Source: Kiritimatiellia bacterium
GTDB taxonomy: Bacteria; Verrucomicrobiota; Kiritimatiellia; JAAZAB01
NCBI GenBank assembly: GCA_040767085.1
Contig: JAXGPF010000011.1
Span: forward strand, 96,001 to 160,000
Length of the DNA stretch: 64,000 nucleotides
Direction of reading: 5' to 3'
Position numbers and translations under genes: made by a program. Position 1 is the stretch's first letter. Each line of letters starts with the position of its first letter. The notes beneath the pieces are model-generated. The model had not been told where the DNA came from. It saw only the letters and a program-made list of their open reading frames with translations, and searched no databases. Below are positions 16,796-26,830 of this stretch, piece after piece.

Positions 16796-18034
16796 CTAAT
16801 AACAGGCGCCGGCGACTGCGCCGGTCATCAGGCAGGCCAGGGTGGCCGCCAACAAGGCTCGCGGCCCCGCCGCCACCACGTCCGCCCGGCGCGCCGGCGC
16901 CAGCGCCGCGATCCCGCCCACGAAAATCGCCATCGAAGCTACATGCGCAAACCCGCATAAGGCATAGGCGATGATCACGCCGGAACGCGGATGCGCCAGC
17001 GCGCCGGTCCGCAGCGCCTCCGCCAGGGCCTGGTACGCCGGCACTTCCGTGGCCACGAGCCGCATCCCAAAAAGTTTGCCAGCAAGGACGGCGTCTTCCG
17101 GCGGCACACCGATCACCAGCGCCAGCGGTGTGAAGACGCGCCCCAGTACGCCTTCTAATGTCAGGGTCAATCCCGCCGCCCGGCCCAGCCAGCCCAGCAG
17201 CCAGTCCCCCACCGCCAGCAGGCTCAGGAACGCGATCAGCAAGGCGCAGATGCCGAACACCAATTGCATGCCGGCCTGCGCGCCGCCGACCACCGCGTCC
17301 AGCGCGCTGGCATCGGCGGACGGCTCCAGGGGCACCCGGGTTCCCAGCGTCTCCGGCGTCTGGCGTTCCGGCAGTAGCAGCTTGGACATCACCAGCGCAG
17401 CCGGCGCGGAGATGATCGAAGCGGAAATGAGATGCCCGGCGATCCCCGGCAGGACGTCCTTCAGCAGCATGACATACAATCCCAGCATGCTGGAGGCCAC
17501 CGTCGCCATCCCGGCCGTCAGGATCGTGCATAATTCCGACCGGGTCATCCGATCCAGGTAGGGCCGGACGGCGGTGACGGATTCGATCCCGACAAAGATA
17601 TTGCTGGCCACGCACAGGCTTTCCGCGCCGCTGACCCGCATCAATCGCGTAAAGACCGCGGCAAACATCCGGATCAGCCAGGGCATGACGCGCCAGTAAT
17701 ACAGGAGGCCCATCAGCGCTGAAAAGAAAATAATCACCGGCAGCGCCTGAAACGCCAGGATGAAGCCCACCGGGCAGTCCGATCCGCCCAGGCTACCGAA
17801 CACGAATTTCGACCCGGCCTGCGCGGTCTGCACCAGCCTGATCACCAGGTCGTTCAAAATTTCAAAAAAGCGGCGGCTGCCCGGCGCCTTGAAGACCAGC
17901 AGCGCCAGCGCCAGTTGCAGCCCCGTGCCCCACCAGATCACCCGCCAGGCTGCCGGCCGGCGCGCCCGGCCGATCAGCCAGGCCAGCCCTATCAAGACTA
18001 TTATCCCCGCCAGACTAATACACCGGCTTAACAT
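16796..18034 (-). CDS. NupC/NupG-family concentrative nucleoside transporter
   Basis: ALPVIIFFSAL, NIFVG, GMATVA and YALCGFA motifs. Confidence 0.92.
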   Translation of the reverse strand: MLSRCISLAGIIVLIGLAWLIGRARRPAAWRVIWWGTGLQLALALLVFKAPGSRRFFEILNDLVIRLVQTAQAGSKFVFGSLGGSDCPVGFILAFQALPVIIFFSALMGLLYYWRVMPWLIRMFAAVFTRLMRVSGAESLCVASNIFVGIESVTAVRPYLDRMTRSELCTILTAGMATVASSMLGLYVMLLKDVLPGIAGHLISASIISAPAALVMSKLLLPERQTPETLGTRVPLEPSADASALDAVVGGAQAGMQLVFGICALLIAFLSLLAVGDWLLGWLGRAAGLTLTLEGVLGRVFTPLALVIGVPPEDAVLAGKLFGMRLVATEVPAYQALAEALRTGALAHPRSGVIIAYALCGFAHVASMAIFVGGIAALAPARRADVVAAGPRALLAATLACLMTGAVAGACY

Positions 18035-18153
18035 TTACAGCGCTCCTTCCCTATGATATTCGCGCAACATACAGGCATGCAAAATTGCGGATATGGGATT
18101 TTTAACGCAAAGCGCGGCAATATGCAATCAGGGAAAGGGGAAGGACGCGCTCA

Positions 18154-18358
18154 CCCTGCTCCGTCAGACTACGCAGGGCAAGCAGTGGCCGTGCCCGCCG
18201 CAGCCAGGCGTAGGCGGGCGTCGCTACAGGGGCGGAATCCGGAATGCGCCACACCCCGCTCCGTCAGACTACGCAGGGCAAGCCCTACTTCGTCAGACTA
18301 CGCAGGATAAACAGTGGCCGTGCCCGCCGCAGCCAGGCGTAGGCGGGCGACGCTACAG
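18154..18358. repeat. Composite intergenic repeat
   Basis: Three copies of ct(c/t)cgtcagactacgcagg and two of cagtggccgtgcccgccgcagccaggcgtaggcgggcg; inverted relative at 38729-38752. Confidence 0.75.
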
Positions 18359-18565
18359 TCAGACGCCCTCGGGAAGTTTGGACGACATCATTGCCCGGCG
18401 GTTGAATTTTCGGCCATCCGCCACGAACGTTCCATCGCCCACGGCATGGATGGTTCGCTGTTCCGGGCGCGCTGGATTGACATAGGCGGCAAGGCCTTCA
18501 AGCACGACGATATTGTGCTTCCCGATGATATCTAAAACCTTGCATTCGATATTCGCCAGGCATTC
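18359..18565 (-). pseudogene. Flavin reductase family gene, 3' part
   Basis: ECLANIECKVLDIIGKHNIVVLEG...KLPEGV*, continuing the fragment at 22305-22643. Confidence 0.9.
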
Positions 18566-18751
18566 TGAGCAGGATCGGAGTAATTGATGTTTTTCCGGGT
18601 TGTTTGAGTCACGCTAAGTGATGGACGTGGGCAAGCGTCCATCAGATAAAGTGCTTCTTTTTGCTCCCCTTGATTTTTGAGCATGCGGTAGCCTGCTGCG
18701 TCAGCAGCGGGGGCGCTGCCTCCTTGCAGCGTGCCGTGGGCGATTTCGTTT

Positions 18752-19123
18752 TTATGGCAGCGACGCTTTTAAGACTCGGTCGAGGTCGGCTTGGATTGGT
18801 TGGAGCAGTTCTATATCCATGAATCCGTCTTGCACCTGTTTTTGCGCCTTGACCAGGGCTTCCCGGAAGAATGCCGCGGCGAGCGCCGGGTGACCTTTTT
18901 TTTCGTAGACCATTCCCAGCCCGTTAAATCCGTCGGGCACATCGGGTTGCGCGAGCATAAGTTTGTTGAAAATTTCCTCGGCGTCGTTAAGCTTGCCGGC
19001 GTCAATCAGATCGAGTCCCTGATTCCACCATTCGATGTCGTCTTCTTCCTCGAGTGGCCGGATTTGCGGGTATTGTTTTCTGATATTTGCGATATATTCC
19101 GCGATATTTATGGGAGCACGCAT
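18752..19123 (-). CDS. TPR-repeat protein (passenger)
   Basis: GKLNDAEEIFNKL...PDGFNGLGMVYEKKG; start uncertain (19123-19150). Confidence 0.7.
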   Translation of the reverse strand: MRAPINIAEYIANIRKQYPQIRPLEEEDDIEWWNQGLDLIDAGKLNDAEEIFNKLMLAQPDVPDGFNGLGMVYEKKGHPALAAAFFREALVKAQKQVQDGFMDIELLQPIQADLDRVLKASLP

Positions 19124-19678
19124 ATGCATAAGGTACTCAACAGCGGTCATTTTATCAAGTATTTAGAGCGATTTGATGGGAAGATTGCGCAGGCCGCCAA
19201 GGCGGAGATGTGCCGGTATTGCGGCGGCAAGCTGCATTGCGGCGATTATGCGCGCAAGCCGCGCGGTGTTGTCGGGTGGGATAAACGCCACAGTTTTAAC
19301 TGTGCGCGGTGTCGGCGGCGCAAGACGCCGCCCAGCGTGCGTTTTCTTGGGCGCCGGGTTTATGCGGGCGTGGTGGTGGCGCTGGTGAGCGCGCTGATGC
19401 ATGGTCTGAATGCTGGGCGCGCGCAGGTATTGGTTGAAAAACTGGGCATTGACCGGCGAACATTAAAGCGTTGGCTTGCATGGTGGCGCGCGGTGTTTGT
19501 GACGAGCGGGTTTTGGAAGGGCGCTCGGGCGAGTTTTATGCCACAGGTTGAGGCTACCCGGATGCCGTTGAGTTTATTGGAGGCGTTTGGCGCGGAGCGG
19601 CGCCGCGGGATGTTCAAGCTGTTACTTTTTATTGCGCCGATTACCACTGGTTCGTGTGAAATGGCGGTGGTTATGTGA
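19124..19678 (+). CDS. Transposon accessory Zn-ribbon/HTH protein
   Basis: CRYC...CARC, TPPSVRFLGRRVY and RRTLKRWLAWW motifs. Confidence 0.75.
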   Translation: MHKVLNSGHFIKYLERFDGKIAQAAKAEMCRYCGGKLHCGDYARKPRGVVGWDKRHSFNCARCRRRKTPPSVRFLGRRVYAGVVVALVSALMHGLNAGRAQVLVEKLGIDRRTLKRWLAWWRAVFVTSGFWKGARASFMPQVEATRMPLSLLEAFGAERRRGMFKLLLFIAPITTGSCEMAVVM

Positions 19679-19814
19679 TGGTTGTTTTTCTCCCGCAGAG
19701 CATGCCGCTGGAGCTTTGCGCGAGGGCGTTATACCTTGGGCGGCATTGCAACGGAATGGTCGGCGGAGCGGAATGGATTTCGCTTGGCGGCGGGCCAGAC
19801 GGGAGGGGTGCGCA

Positions 19815-21311
19815 ATGCCAAAACAGGATGCGGATTATAGCGCGGGTGGCGGTGGTTCCGGGGGATGCGCGCGGTGGGCGCATTTTCGTTTCAGCGTAAT
19901 TGGCCCATTATTGGCGGCGCCGCCGGGGCGGGGCGATTTGCAGGCGGAGATTGCGCTTCTGGCCGGCAAGCAATGGCGGCATCCGGTGACGGGGCAATGG
20001 GTGCGGTTTGGGTCTTCCACGATTGAGCGGTGGTATTACCGGGCTTTACATGGGGCCAAAGACCCGGTCGGCGTGTTGACGCGCAAGGTGCGCAACGATC
20101 ATGGCGCCCATCGCAGTTTGAGCTTTGAGTTGCGCAATGCAATAAGCGTCCAGCACCAACAACACCCGGAGTGGAGTTGCCAACTGCATTACGACAACCT
20201 GGCGGTGCGCGTGGCGGAGGATTCGCGACTGGGAGCGTTACCGTCTTATGTGTCGGTGCGCCGTTATATGCGTGCCGCGGGGATGTTCAAGCGCCGCCGT
20301 TTGGGCGGGCGCCGGGATACCGCCGGCGCCCGGGCCGCCGAAGCGCGGTTTGCGGCTTTAGAGGTGCGCTCCTACGAAAGCGAGTACGTCAATGCGCTAT
20401 GGCATTTGGACTTTCATCAGGGATCAATCCCGGTCTTGACCAAGCCCGGCGAGTGGTTGCGGCCGCAATTACTTGGAGTGTTGGACGATCATTCCCGCAT
20501 GTGCTGCCACTTGCAGTGGTACCTGGCGGAAACCGCCGAGAACCTGACGCATGGGTTAAGCCAAGCCATGCAAAAATGCGGTCTGCCAAGGGCGCTGATG
20601 ACGGACAACGGCGGCGCCATGACGGCCGACGAAACCACGCAAGGACTCGCGCGTTTAGGTGTTTTACACGAGAAGACGCTGCCCTATAGCGCCTACCAGA
20701 ACGGCAAACAGGAATCCTTCTGGGGGCAAATAGAAGGGCGGTTGCTGCCCATGCTCGGCGGCTGCCCTGATTTGACGCTGGCACAGCTCAACCAGGCGAC
20801 ACAGGCCTGGGTCGAAATGGAATATAACCGCAAGGTGCATTCCGCGACCGCCCGATCGCCGGTTGATCGTTTTGTCAATGTCAAAGACGTGGGCAGAACT
20901 TGCCCATCCGCGGAAGTCTTGCGCCAGGCATTCACCGCCGGATGTTCGCGAACGCAACGCTTTAGTGATGGCACCATTAGCATTGACGGCGTACGCTTCG
21001 AGGTGCCTTCCCGCTACCGCCATATCAAACGCATCGGCGTGCGATACGCCGCATGGGACTTGTCTTATGTTCATCTGGCCGACGCGCGTAGCGATCAAAT
21101 CTTGACGCGGCTATTTCCGCAAGACAAACACAAAAACGCCGACGGCCACCGCCGCCAAAAGGAAACCATAGGCGACCATCCCGATCCAACATCGCCGCCG
21201 CCGCGGTCAACCGGCATGGCGCCACTGTTGCGCAAATTCATCGCGGATTATGCCGCCACCGGGCTGCCGCCAGCTTATCTGCCAAAGGATGAACTCAAAA
21301 TACAGGAGTAA
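19815..21311 (+). CDS. DDE integrase-type transposase (rve plus Mu-transposase C-terminal-like domain)
   Basis: LWHLDFH, LDDHSR, MTDNG, NGKQE and YNRKVHS motifs. Confidence 0.92.
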   Translation: MPKQDADYSAGGGGSGGCARWAHFRFSVIGPLLAAPPGRGDLQAEIALLAGKQWRHPVTGQWVRFGSSTIERWYYRALHGAKDPVGVLTRKVRNDHGAHRSLSFELRNAISVQHQQHPEWSCQLHYDNLAVRVAEDSRLGALPSYVSVRRYMRAAGMFKRRRLGGRRDTAGARAAEARFAALEVRSYESEYVNALWHLDFHQGSIPVLTKPGEWLRPQLLGVLDDHSRMCCHLQWYLAETAENLTHGLSQAMQKCGLPRALMTDNGGAMTADETTQGLARLGVLHEKTLPYSAYQNGKQESFWGQIEGRLLPMLGGCPDLTLAQLNQATQAWVEMEYNRKVHSATARSPVDRFVNVKDVGRTCPSAEVLRQAFTAGCSRTQRFSDGTISIDGVRFEVPSRYRHIKRIGVRYAAWDLSYVHLADARSDQILTRLFPQDKHKNADGHRRQKETIGDHPDPTSPPPRSTGMAPLLRKFIADYAATGLPPAYLPKDELKIQE

Positions 21312-21320
21312 TCAAACATC

Positions 21321-22151
21321 ATGAGTAAAAAACTACTTGCGCTATACAGCCTGAAGTACAACCCGTTCTGCCAGGAAGTGCCGACCGCCGCACTATTCAG
21401 GACGCCGGCCGTCGAACATTTTTGCTGGCGGATTGAAAATCAGGTCGGCGAAGGCGGCTTCGCGTTGGTTACCGGCTCGCCCGGATCCGGCAAAAGCGTG
21501 GCGCTGCGTATTCTGGCCGACCGGCTGCGCGGCATCCCGGATATCACCGTCGGCATCATCACCCGACCACAAGCATCCGTGGCCGACTTCTACCGCGAAA
21601 TGGGCGATCTGTTCGCAACTACGCTGACGCCAAGCAACCGTTGGGGCGGCGCCAAGGCGTTGCGTCAAAAATGGCTGACCCATATTGACGCCTCGCTCTA
21701 CCGCCCCGTCCTCCTCATCGATGAAGCCCAACTCATGACGCCGGGAACACTGGGTGAACTGCGCATGCTGGCAAGCGCCGAACTCGACTCGCGTAGCATC
21801 CTCACCGTGGTGCTCGCCGGGGATGAAAGACTGGTTAACAAACTGCGCAGCGACGACCTGTTGCCAATGGCCAGCCGTATCCGCTGCCGGCTGCCCTGTG
21901 ACCCCGCCACCCCTCAACAACTACGCGAATGCCTCAACCATCAGCTAAAACAGGCCGGCAACACCAGATTGCTTTCAGACCCCGTAATCGCCGCGCTTTG
22001 CGAACATGCCGCCGGAAATTACCGGTCTTTAATGAACATGGCCAACGACCTCTTGGCCGCCGCATTACAACGTGAACTCGACCAAATTGATGAAAAACTC
22101 TTCTTCGATGTGTTCAATATCCGTGCCATATCAACGCAAAAATCCCAATAA
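21321..22151 (+). CDS. ExeA-family AAA ATPase (transposition helper)
   Basis: GSPGSGKS and LLIDEAQ motifs. Confidence 0.9.
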   Translation: MSKKLLALYSLKYNPFCQEVPTAALFRTPAVEHFCWRIENQVGEGGFALVTGSPGSGKSVALRILADRLRGIPDITVGIITRPQASVADFYREMGDLFATTLTPSNRWGGAKALRQKWLTHIDASLYRPVLLIDEAQLMTPGTLGELRMLASAELDSRSILTVVLAGDERLVNKLRSDDLLPMASRIRCRLPCDPATPQQLRECLNHQLKQAGNTRLLSDPVIAALCEHAAGNYRSLMNMANDLLAAALQRELDQIDEKLFFDVFNIRAISTQKSQ

Positions 22152-22304
22152 AGCAACAACACTTAAACACGACAAGTAAAGACGGGGCGCCTACACGTCA
22201 CGCCCAATTAAAAAGCGAATAGGCTCTCATTAAACAAGCCAGGCCAAACACATATCCATCAATTATCACGACAAATCATCCATCATTTTTTGTGATCGCT
22301 CTCA

Positions 22305-22643
22305 TTCCTCGATCAAGGGCGGCCGGACATGTTTCGCCTTCACCGGCGTCAGCCCGAATTTTTCAAATTTATCCGTATCGGCGCCGGAACAGGTCCCCGC
22401 ACCCACGACCTTGTCCAGGAGGTCAACCCCGGGAATGGCAATCACGCATTCTTTTGACTTCCGCAGGGCGGCATAGGAATAGTTCCATGGCCCGGTGGCA
22501 ATGGCAAACTTCGAGGCGAAGTCCAGCACCATGGTCCAGGAAATCGTCATAATGTTGTTCCGCCTGCCATGATTGGTTGTAACCAGGACCACCGGCCCTG
22601 GCTCAATCAGCATGAATGCTTTGTGGATTTGCATATCTTCCAT
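22305..22643 (-). pseudogene. Flavin reductase family gene, 5' part
   Basis: LIEPGPVVLVTT...NIMTISW...DKFEKFGLT...PPLIEE cut by the transposon. Confidence 0.9.
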
Positions 22644-22873
22644 GAAGCCATCCTAACGTGAGCTTGCGCCCACAACCCAACGCCAGGCGCGCAGGTCCTG
22701 CCTGTGCGTGTCCGCACACAGACTGGCCGCAAGGGCGGTCTGCGCCTTGCGCGCCGATTACGAAGGCGGCCAAGGGACTGGCCGCCCTACCAATTTTAGA
22801 TACGCAGAAATGTTTGTTTTGAGCCGGTTAGCAAGCCGGCAGACGCAAGCGTCCGGCGGTTCCCGGCGCCAGA

Positions 22874-23593
22874 TCAACTCCAGAACAACAACTTGATGCC
22901 CACCAGCCCGAGAAAGATGCCGACGAAAATACGGAATGATTTCTGCGGGACGCCGGCCAGAAACCGCTTCGCGGCATACGCGCCGATGAAGGACACCGGG
23001 ATGCTCAGGATCAGCGCCGCCAGGAGGTCCTGCTCCAGCCGGACGCCGCCCCAGAGGTAGCGCGATACCCGCGTGACATCAATGAAAAGGGCAATCAGGC
23101 CGGAGGTGAAGATGTAAACTTCCTTGGGTAGATTGAAAGCCGCCAGGAAGGCGCCCCGAACGGCGCCCCCGACCCCGAAGAATCCGGCAAACAATCCTGA
23201 CAGGGCGCCCCCGCAGACCGACGTCCCATGCGTCCTGGGCAAAGACCAGTCGCGATTGAAGAACAGGAATCCGACATACAGGATCAGAAAAGCGCCCAGA
23301 ATCCGCCTGAGCGGAAACTCCTGCGCCTGCATGGACAGCGATGCGCCCAGGTAGCTGGCCGCAATGCCGGCCAACCCGAAGCCCAGGATCAATTTCCATT
23401 CGAATCCGCGCTTGAAGAGCAGCACCTTCCAGACGTCGCCGCACAAGTGAATAGCGCCGACGAAAAGCAGGGCGACCGGCATGGGCACGAACAGGGTCAT
23501 GACCGGGATCATCACCGTCGAGGTCCCGAATCCCGTTGCCGTGCCAATGAGCGATGCAACGAGTGTCAGTGCGCAAAGCGCAATCAATTGCAT
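22874..23593 (-). CDS. TauE/SafE-family sulfite exporter
   Basis: GTATGFG and GFFGVGG motifs; multi-TM. Confidence 0.85.
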   Translation of the reverse strand: MQLIALCALTLVASLIGTATGFGTSTVMIPVMTLFVPMPVALLFVGAIHLCGDVWKVLLFKRGFEWKLILGFGLAGIAASYLGASLSMQAQEFPLRRILGAFLILYVGFLFFNRDWSLPRTHGTSVCGGALSGLFAGFFGVGGAVRGAFLAAFNLPKEVYIFTSGLIALFIDVTRVSRYLWGGVRLEQDLLAALILSIPVSFIGAYAAKRFLAGVPQKSFRIFVGIFLGLVGIKLLFWS

Positions 23594-23639
23594 CGTGCGC
23601 CTCTATGTTTATCCGGTTGTCACTCGCCGGAGCCGCGGA

Positions 23640-26528
23640 TCAGCGGGCCGGGACATACCCGGCGCCGCCGAAGATTCCAGTTTGCAGATCGTAGCCGCTG
23701 CCGGACAGGCGCGCCGACCACTGGCCGTCCGCCGCGCGATAAACCGCCGGGTCGGCCTGGCCATCGCCGTCGTAATCCGCGGGCGCGGGCAGGCAATTAC
23801 CCTCCGTAAATCCGACAATCTCCGTCAGGGAATAGTTGCCGGATGAAAGGCGGAAGCTCCAGGCGCCGTCTGCCAGGCGGTATATTGCCGGGTCGGTTTT
23901 GCCATCGCCATCGTAATCCGCCGGCGCCGCCAGCGCGCCGGCCGCTCCGAATCCAGCCAGCCCGGCTTCCGCGTATCCGCTGCCGGAAAGCAGCACCCGC
24001 CATATGCCGGCGGCGGCCCCGAAGATTGCCGGGTCGGTTTTGCCGTCGCCGTCATAATCCGCGGGAATGGGCGCGCAATTCACGCCGCCGGGTTGGCGGA
24101 ACGCATAAGCGGAATAATTGCCGGATGACAGCCGGAAGTTCCAGGTTCCATCCGCGGCGTTGTAGAAGGCCGGGTCGGCTTTCCCATCGCCATCGTAATC
24201 CGCCGGCGCCGCCAGCGCGCCGGCCGCTCCGAATCCGGCCAGCCCGGTTTCCGCGTATCCGCTGCCGGAAAGCAACACCCGCCAGGCGCCGGCAGCGGCG
24301 TTGAAGACGGCCGGATCCATCCGGCCATCGCCGTCAAAATCCTCCGGCGCGGCCTGCCAGCCGGCGCCGCCCAGCGTCAAGGCGCCCGAACTGGCGTACC
24401 CGGTCGAAGAAAGCGCTGCCTGCCACCTTGCCTCCGCGGCGGAATATAATGCCAGCTCCGCACGGCTGTCGCCGTCATAATCGGCGGCAGCGCGCCGCCA
24501 CAGGGCCCGCAGGATATAATCGCCGCCGGCGGCATGGCCGCGCGTCACGGTCGCATATGCCGCCCCGGAACCCGCCGCCAGTATCCGCCCGGGAAATGGC
24601 TGCCGGATCCGGCACTGGCGGAATTGATCGTTCAACACGTACACGGCAAACGAGTCCGGCGCGCTGAGGTTGAGTTCAAGGCTGCCGCTGCCGGAGCGCG
24701 GCAGGCGGTGCCAGCCTGTGACGTCGCCGGCCAGAGTTGCCGCCGCCGTCCCCGGCACGGCGAGTTCCGGCAGACCTGACACCGGCCGGTAATGCGCGCC
24801 GCTGAGGCGCAGCCATTCTTCGCCATTGGTGGCCACGACCTGCAGTGCGCCGTCGCTGTTCCGGCCGGTGATGAAGGGATACGCCAGGACATCATTCACC
24901 GGCATGAAGGTGCGGCCGAACACCAGGAACCCGTTTGTCGCCAGCAACGCGCGTTGATCCAGCGTGTCAGTCTCCCATTGGAAGCTGGAAGGCCAGGTAT
25001 CGGCCGGCGCCCACCGGGTTTGCGCGCGCGCGAGCCAGGCGGTGGAAATGGCGGCCGGCTCGATCTTCTCCCCCGCCAGCATGTCCGTCCAGAACCAGGT
25101 CCGCGGCTCGCGCATCAGCGCGAAAATCCGCCCCTGTACGTTGGTGAATCCCACCTGCAAGGCGGCGTCGCCCGGCGTCCAGAACCAGCCATTTGAATGG
25201 GGAACCATGTTGGAGTACGCGTAAACGCCATAGCCCGGCACGGTCATCGTGCAGGAAAGCGTTTGCGTATCCGAAGTGACGCTGAGATACCCGGAAGCAT
25301 GCGCATAAAATCCGTGCAATTCCGCCCAGGGGATCGGCGGTGCGGCGGATGCCGGGCTGTCGGGGAAGGGCGGCGCATTGGTCTGCTCCGGCAGGCCGAA
25401 TTTGTCGCGCAAGGCCGACATCAGCACCCGGTGGGCGGTATCCTCGGCAATGGCGCCGCCATTGCACATCACCGCCACACCGAGCCCGTGTTCGGGCATC
25501 ACTTCCAGCATGGCATGGAAGCAAATGCTGTCGCCGGATTTCCCGCACGCCCGGCCGGCATACGCCAGGCTGGGCTCGGCCACATTATCCAGCCCCAGCC
25601 CGTTCAGGGCTGACGGATCGCTCTCTATGATCGCAACGTTTGATCCCTGCCAGGCATACATGGCCTCCAGCGCATTGGAACTCACCACGCGCGCGCCGCG
25701 GAACTCGCCCCAGCCCAGCATCATTTCAACCAGCCGCGCCATATCCCCGGCGGTGGAATACAAGCCGCCGCTGGCAAACACGTTGACCACCTCGTCCCGG
25801 AAGACGTTAGTGCCGGACATTGACCGCGCCAGCCGGCCTTCAAACCGGTTGGTATCATAAAGGAAAGTCGTATTGGTCATGCCCAGCGGCGCCAGCAGTT
25901 CCCCGGTGATGTAATCTATCACCCCGGTGCCGCTGATGGCTTCCAGCATGGCGCCCATGACCGTAAAGCCGTTGTTGCAGTAAGTATCGGTCAAGCCAAG
26001 CGGGAAAACCGGGTAATCCATGCTTAAATCGGCCAGCATCATTTCGGCATAGCGCAAATCCTGCACCGTATCGTCGCCATACGGGATGAAATTACCGGGC
26101 ATGCCGCTCTGGTGGTTGAGCAGCATACGTACGGTGATCGGCGGGGCATGGGGGAAGCGGGGCTTCAGTTGGAACTGCGGCAGGTAGTTGGTGGCGGGCG
26201 CATCCAGTTCCAGCCGGAGGCGGTCAACCTCGCGCATGGCGGCCAGGGTGGTGAATGTTTTGGACACGCTGCAAATGCGGTAAACTGTAGCGGCATCCGC
26301 CGGAATGCCCTCCACCGGATCGGCCAGTCCGAACCCGGCCGTCCAAACCGTCTGGGTGCCGTCCACCAGCGCCAAGGCGGCGCTGGCAGCGCCTTTCGTC
26401 TGAAGCTGGTTGGTGATCCAAGCCGGCATCTCCCGGATGGTACGGGAATAATCCGCCGCGGCAGCGGTAATGGTTGCCGCCATTAACCCCGCCGCCGCAT
26501 ACAGCGCCGCTTTGAATGATTTTGACAT
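23640..26528 (-). CDS. Secreted serine hydrolase (beta-lactamase family) with C-terminal FG-GAP/VCBS-like repeats
   Basis: Signal peptide; SVSK, LLNHQSG, YCN, KSG; multiple ADYDGDG repeats. Confidence 0.85.
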   Translation of the reverse strand: MSKSFKAALYAAAGLMAATITAAAADYSRTIREMPAWITNQLQTKGAASAALALVDGTQTVWTAGFGLADPVEGIPADAATVYRICSVSKTFTTLAAMREVDRLRLELDAPATNYLPQFQLKPRFPHAPPITVRMLLNHQSGMPGNFIPYGDDTVQDLRYAEMMLADLSMDYPVFPLGLTDTYCNNGFTVMGAMLEAISGTGVIDYITGELLAPLGMTNTTFLYDTNRFEGRLARSMSGTNVFRDEVVNVFASGGLYSTAGDMARLVEMMLGWGEFRGARVVSSNALEAMYAWQGSNVAIIESDPSALNGLGLDNVAEPSLAYAGRACGKSGDSICFHAMLEVMPEHGLGVAVMCNGGAIAEDTAHRVLMSALRDKFGLPEQTNAPPFPDSPASAAPPIPWAELHGFYAHASGYLSVTSDTQTLSCTMTVPGYGVYAYSNMVPHSNGWFWTPGDAALQVGFTNVQGRIFALMREPRTWFWTDMLAGEKIEPAAISTAWLARAQTRWAPADTWPSSFQWETDTLDQRALLATNGFLVFGRTFMPVNDVLAYPFITGRNSDGALQVVATNGEEWLRLSGAHYRPVSGLPELAVPGTAAATLAGDVTGWHRLPRSGSGSLELNLSAPDSFAVYVLNDQFRQCRIRQPFPGRILAAGSGAAYATVTRGHAAGGDYILRALWRRAAADYDGDSRAELALYSAAEARWQAALSSTGYASSGALTLGGAGWQAAPEDFDGDGRMDPAVFNAAAGAWRVLLSGSGYAETGLAGFGAAGALAAPADYDGDGKADPAFYNAADGTWNFRLSSGNYSAYAFRQPGGVNCAPIPADYDGDGKTDPAIFGAAAGIWRVLLSGSGYAEAGLAGFGAAGALAAPADYDGDGKTDPAIYRLADGAWSFRLSSGNYSLTEIVGFTEGNCLPAPADYDGDGQADPAVYRAADGQWSARLSGSGYDLQTGIFGGAGYVPAR

Positions 26529-26830
26529 GACAGATCCTGGCCTTGGTTTAGGTTGTTTTGCTGGAATTATATGATATTCAAGCCAGGACACAATTCATTA
26601 TATTGATTCTTGTGAAAAATCTGGCAGACTTAGTGCCTTAAACCACAGCACCTGCCCAAAAAACAAGAAATTTTGATTGGCAGTTGCCGCAGTTTCAGTC
26701 ACGGTGCAGGTGCAGGCGACAGGCTTGCCATCCTCCCGTGAGGTGGTGCAGGCTGGTCCAGTTTTTACTGGATGCAACCAGTCCGGCATAGATTATGCGA
26801 CGGCAGATTGCGGCCCCAGGCCGCCTTATT

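Larger units (their letters stand above)
18566..22304 (+). mobile_element. 3.7 kb transposon/IS with DDE transposase, ExeA-type ATPase, Zn-finger ORF and TPR passenger
   Basis: TGAG...CTCA ends; target duplication TTC (or CATTC); interrupts flavin reductase. Confidence 0.92.

Noticed and set aside
21321-22151. Type II secretion ExeA
   Set aside because: It lies inside the transposon next to the transposase, with no secretion genes nearby.
23640-26528. Antibiotic-resistance beta-lactamase
   Set aside because: Motifs only establish the broad serine hydrolase fold; the size and architecture do not fit a class A or C enzyme.
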